NCBI GenBank assembly: GCA_963664305.2
Contig: CAXXLV010000001.1
Span: 352,001-416,000 of the forward strand
Direction of reading: 5' to 3'
Length of the DNA: 64,000 nucleotides
Source of the DNA: an uncultured Aliarcobacter sp.
Lineage (GTDB): Bacteria; Campylobacterota; Campylobacteria; Campylobacterales; Arcobacteraceae
Shown here: positions 63,340 to 64,000 of the stretch, in pieces
Position numbering within the stretch: position 1 is the stretch's first letter
How the letters are laid out: each line of letters opens with the position of its first letter
Notes under the pieces: generated by a model
Databases searched by the model: none
The model's input: only the letters and a program-made list of their open reading frames with translations
What the model was told of the DNA's origin: nothing
Made by a program: the position numbers and the translations under genes

Positions 63340-64000
63340 TTGGCAGCTTACTTAGAATTTGAAGATAAAATCAAAAAAATTGAAGAAGAAATTATAATAG
63401 CTAAAACAAAAGCTGATGAACATGCAGTGGAAATTTTAGAAAAAAAACTAGAAAAAGAAGTTGAAAAAACATTTAAAAACTTAAGTGATTATCAAAAACT
63501 TCAACTTGCACGTCATCCAGACAGACCTTATGCTCTTGATTATATTACAGGATTACTAACTAATTCTTATGAAATACATGGTGATAGACATTACGTTGAT
63601 GATCATGCAATTGTATGTTATTTAGGATATATCGGAACTCAAAAAGTATTAGTAATTGGTGAACAAAAAGGTAGAGGAACAAAAGATAAACTTTACAGAA
63701 ATTTTGGAATGCCAAGTCCAGAAGGATATAGAAAAGCATTAAGAGCTGCAAAAATGGCTGATAAATTTCAAATTCCAATTTTAATGCTTGTTGACACTCC
63801 GGGTGCATATCCAGGAATTGGAGCAGAAGAAAGAAATCAAAGTGAAGCAATTGCAAAAAACTTATATGAATTTGCTGACCTGACAACTCCAACTATTTCT
63901 GTAGTTATTGGAGAAGGTGGTTCGGGTGGAGCATTAGCTATATCAGTTGCTGATAAACTTGCAATGATGAGATATTCTGTTTATGCCGTTATTTCACCTG
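63340..64000 (+). CDS. accA: Acetyl-CoA carboxylase carboxyltransferase alpha subunit, 3'-truncated by the window edge (not in the ORF track)
   Basis: AAGGA RBS and TTG start; reads [11 protein letters not shown]...QLARHPDRP...HGDR...[15 protein letters not shown]...[14 protein letters not shown]...[11 protein letters not shown]. Confidence 0.95.
   Translation, partial: MAAYLEFEDKIKKIEEEIIIAKTKADEHAVEILEKKLEKEVEKTFKNLSDYQKLQLARHPDRPYALDYITGLLTNSYEIHGDRHYVDDHAIVCYLGYIGTQKVLVIGEQKGRGTKDKLYRNFGMPSPEGYRKALRAAKMADKFQIPILMLVDTPGAYPGIGAEERNQSEAIAKNLYEFADLTTPTISVVIGEGGSGGALAISVADKLAMMRYSVYAVISP

Overview
Very AT-rich bacterial chromosomal segment from a Campylobacterota organism, most likely Arcobacteraceae (judged from the 16S sequence, the 16S-tRNA-Ile-tRNA-Ala-23S-5S operon order, a stand-alone atpB, a diheme petC and futalosine-pathway mqnA). 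Most of the window is core genome: mqnA (partial), uppP, murG, ftsW, ftsI, a cyclophilin, a complete rRNA operon on the minus strand, pabA/trpG, a Fur-boxed Fe3+ ABC transporter, two c-di-GMP enzymes, a siroheme nitrite/sulfite reductase, tex, a polar amino-acid ABC transporter, trmD-rplS, metE, ilvA, atpB, a RecB/AddA-like helicase-nuclease, argB, thrC, petABC plus cytochrome c', rsmE, moeA-queCDE and fabG-acpP-fabF-accA (partial). A small accessory patch after tex carries an orphan protein with a HEPN-like RNxxxH motif and a ccdAB toxin-antitoxin module. The strongest novelty candidate is a 114-codon Cys-rich, Met-free leader ORF upstream of metE. It ends in RRTGVHPPIT, and its last codons are complementary to the metE ribosome-binding site and first codons. 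This is the layout of an arrest-peptide translational switch. Other candidates are a GC-rich structured RNA upstream of rplS, a switch-like 5' leader on an M42-like peptidase, and four apparently leaderless genes. All family calls come from visual motif recognition; no database searches or folding programs were run.
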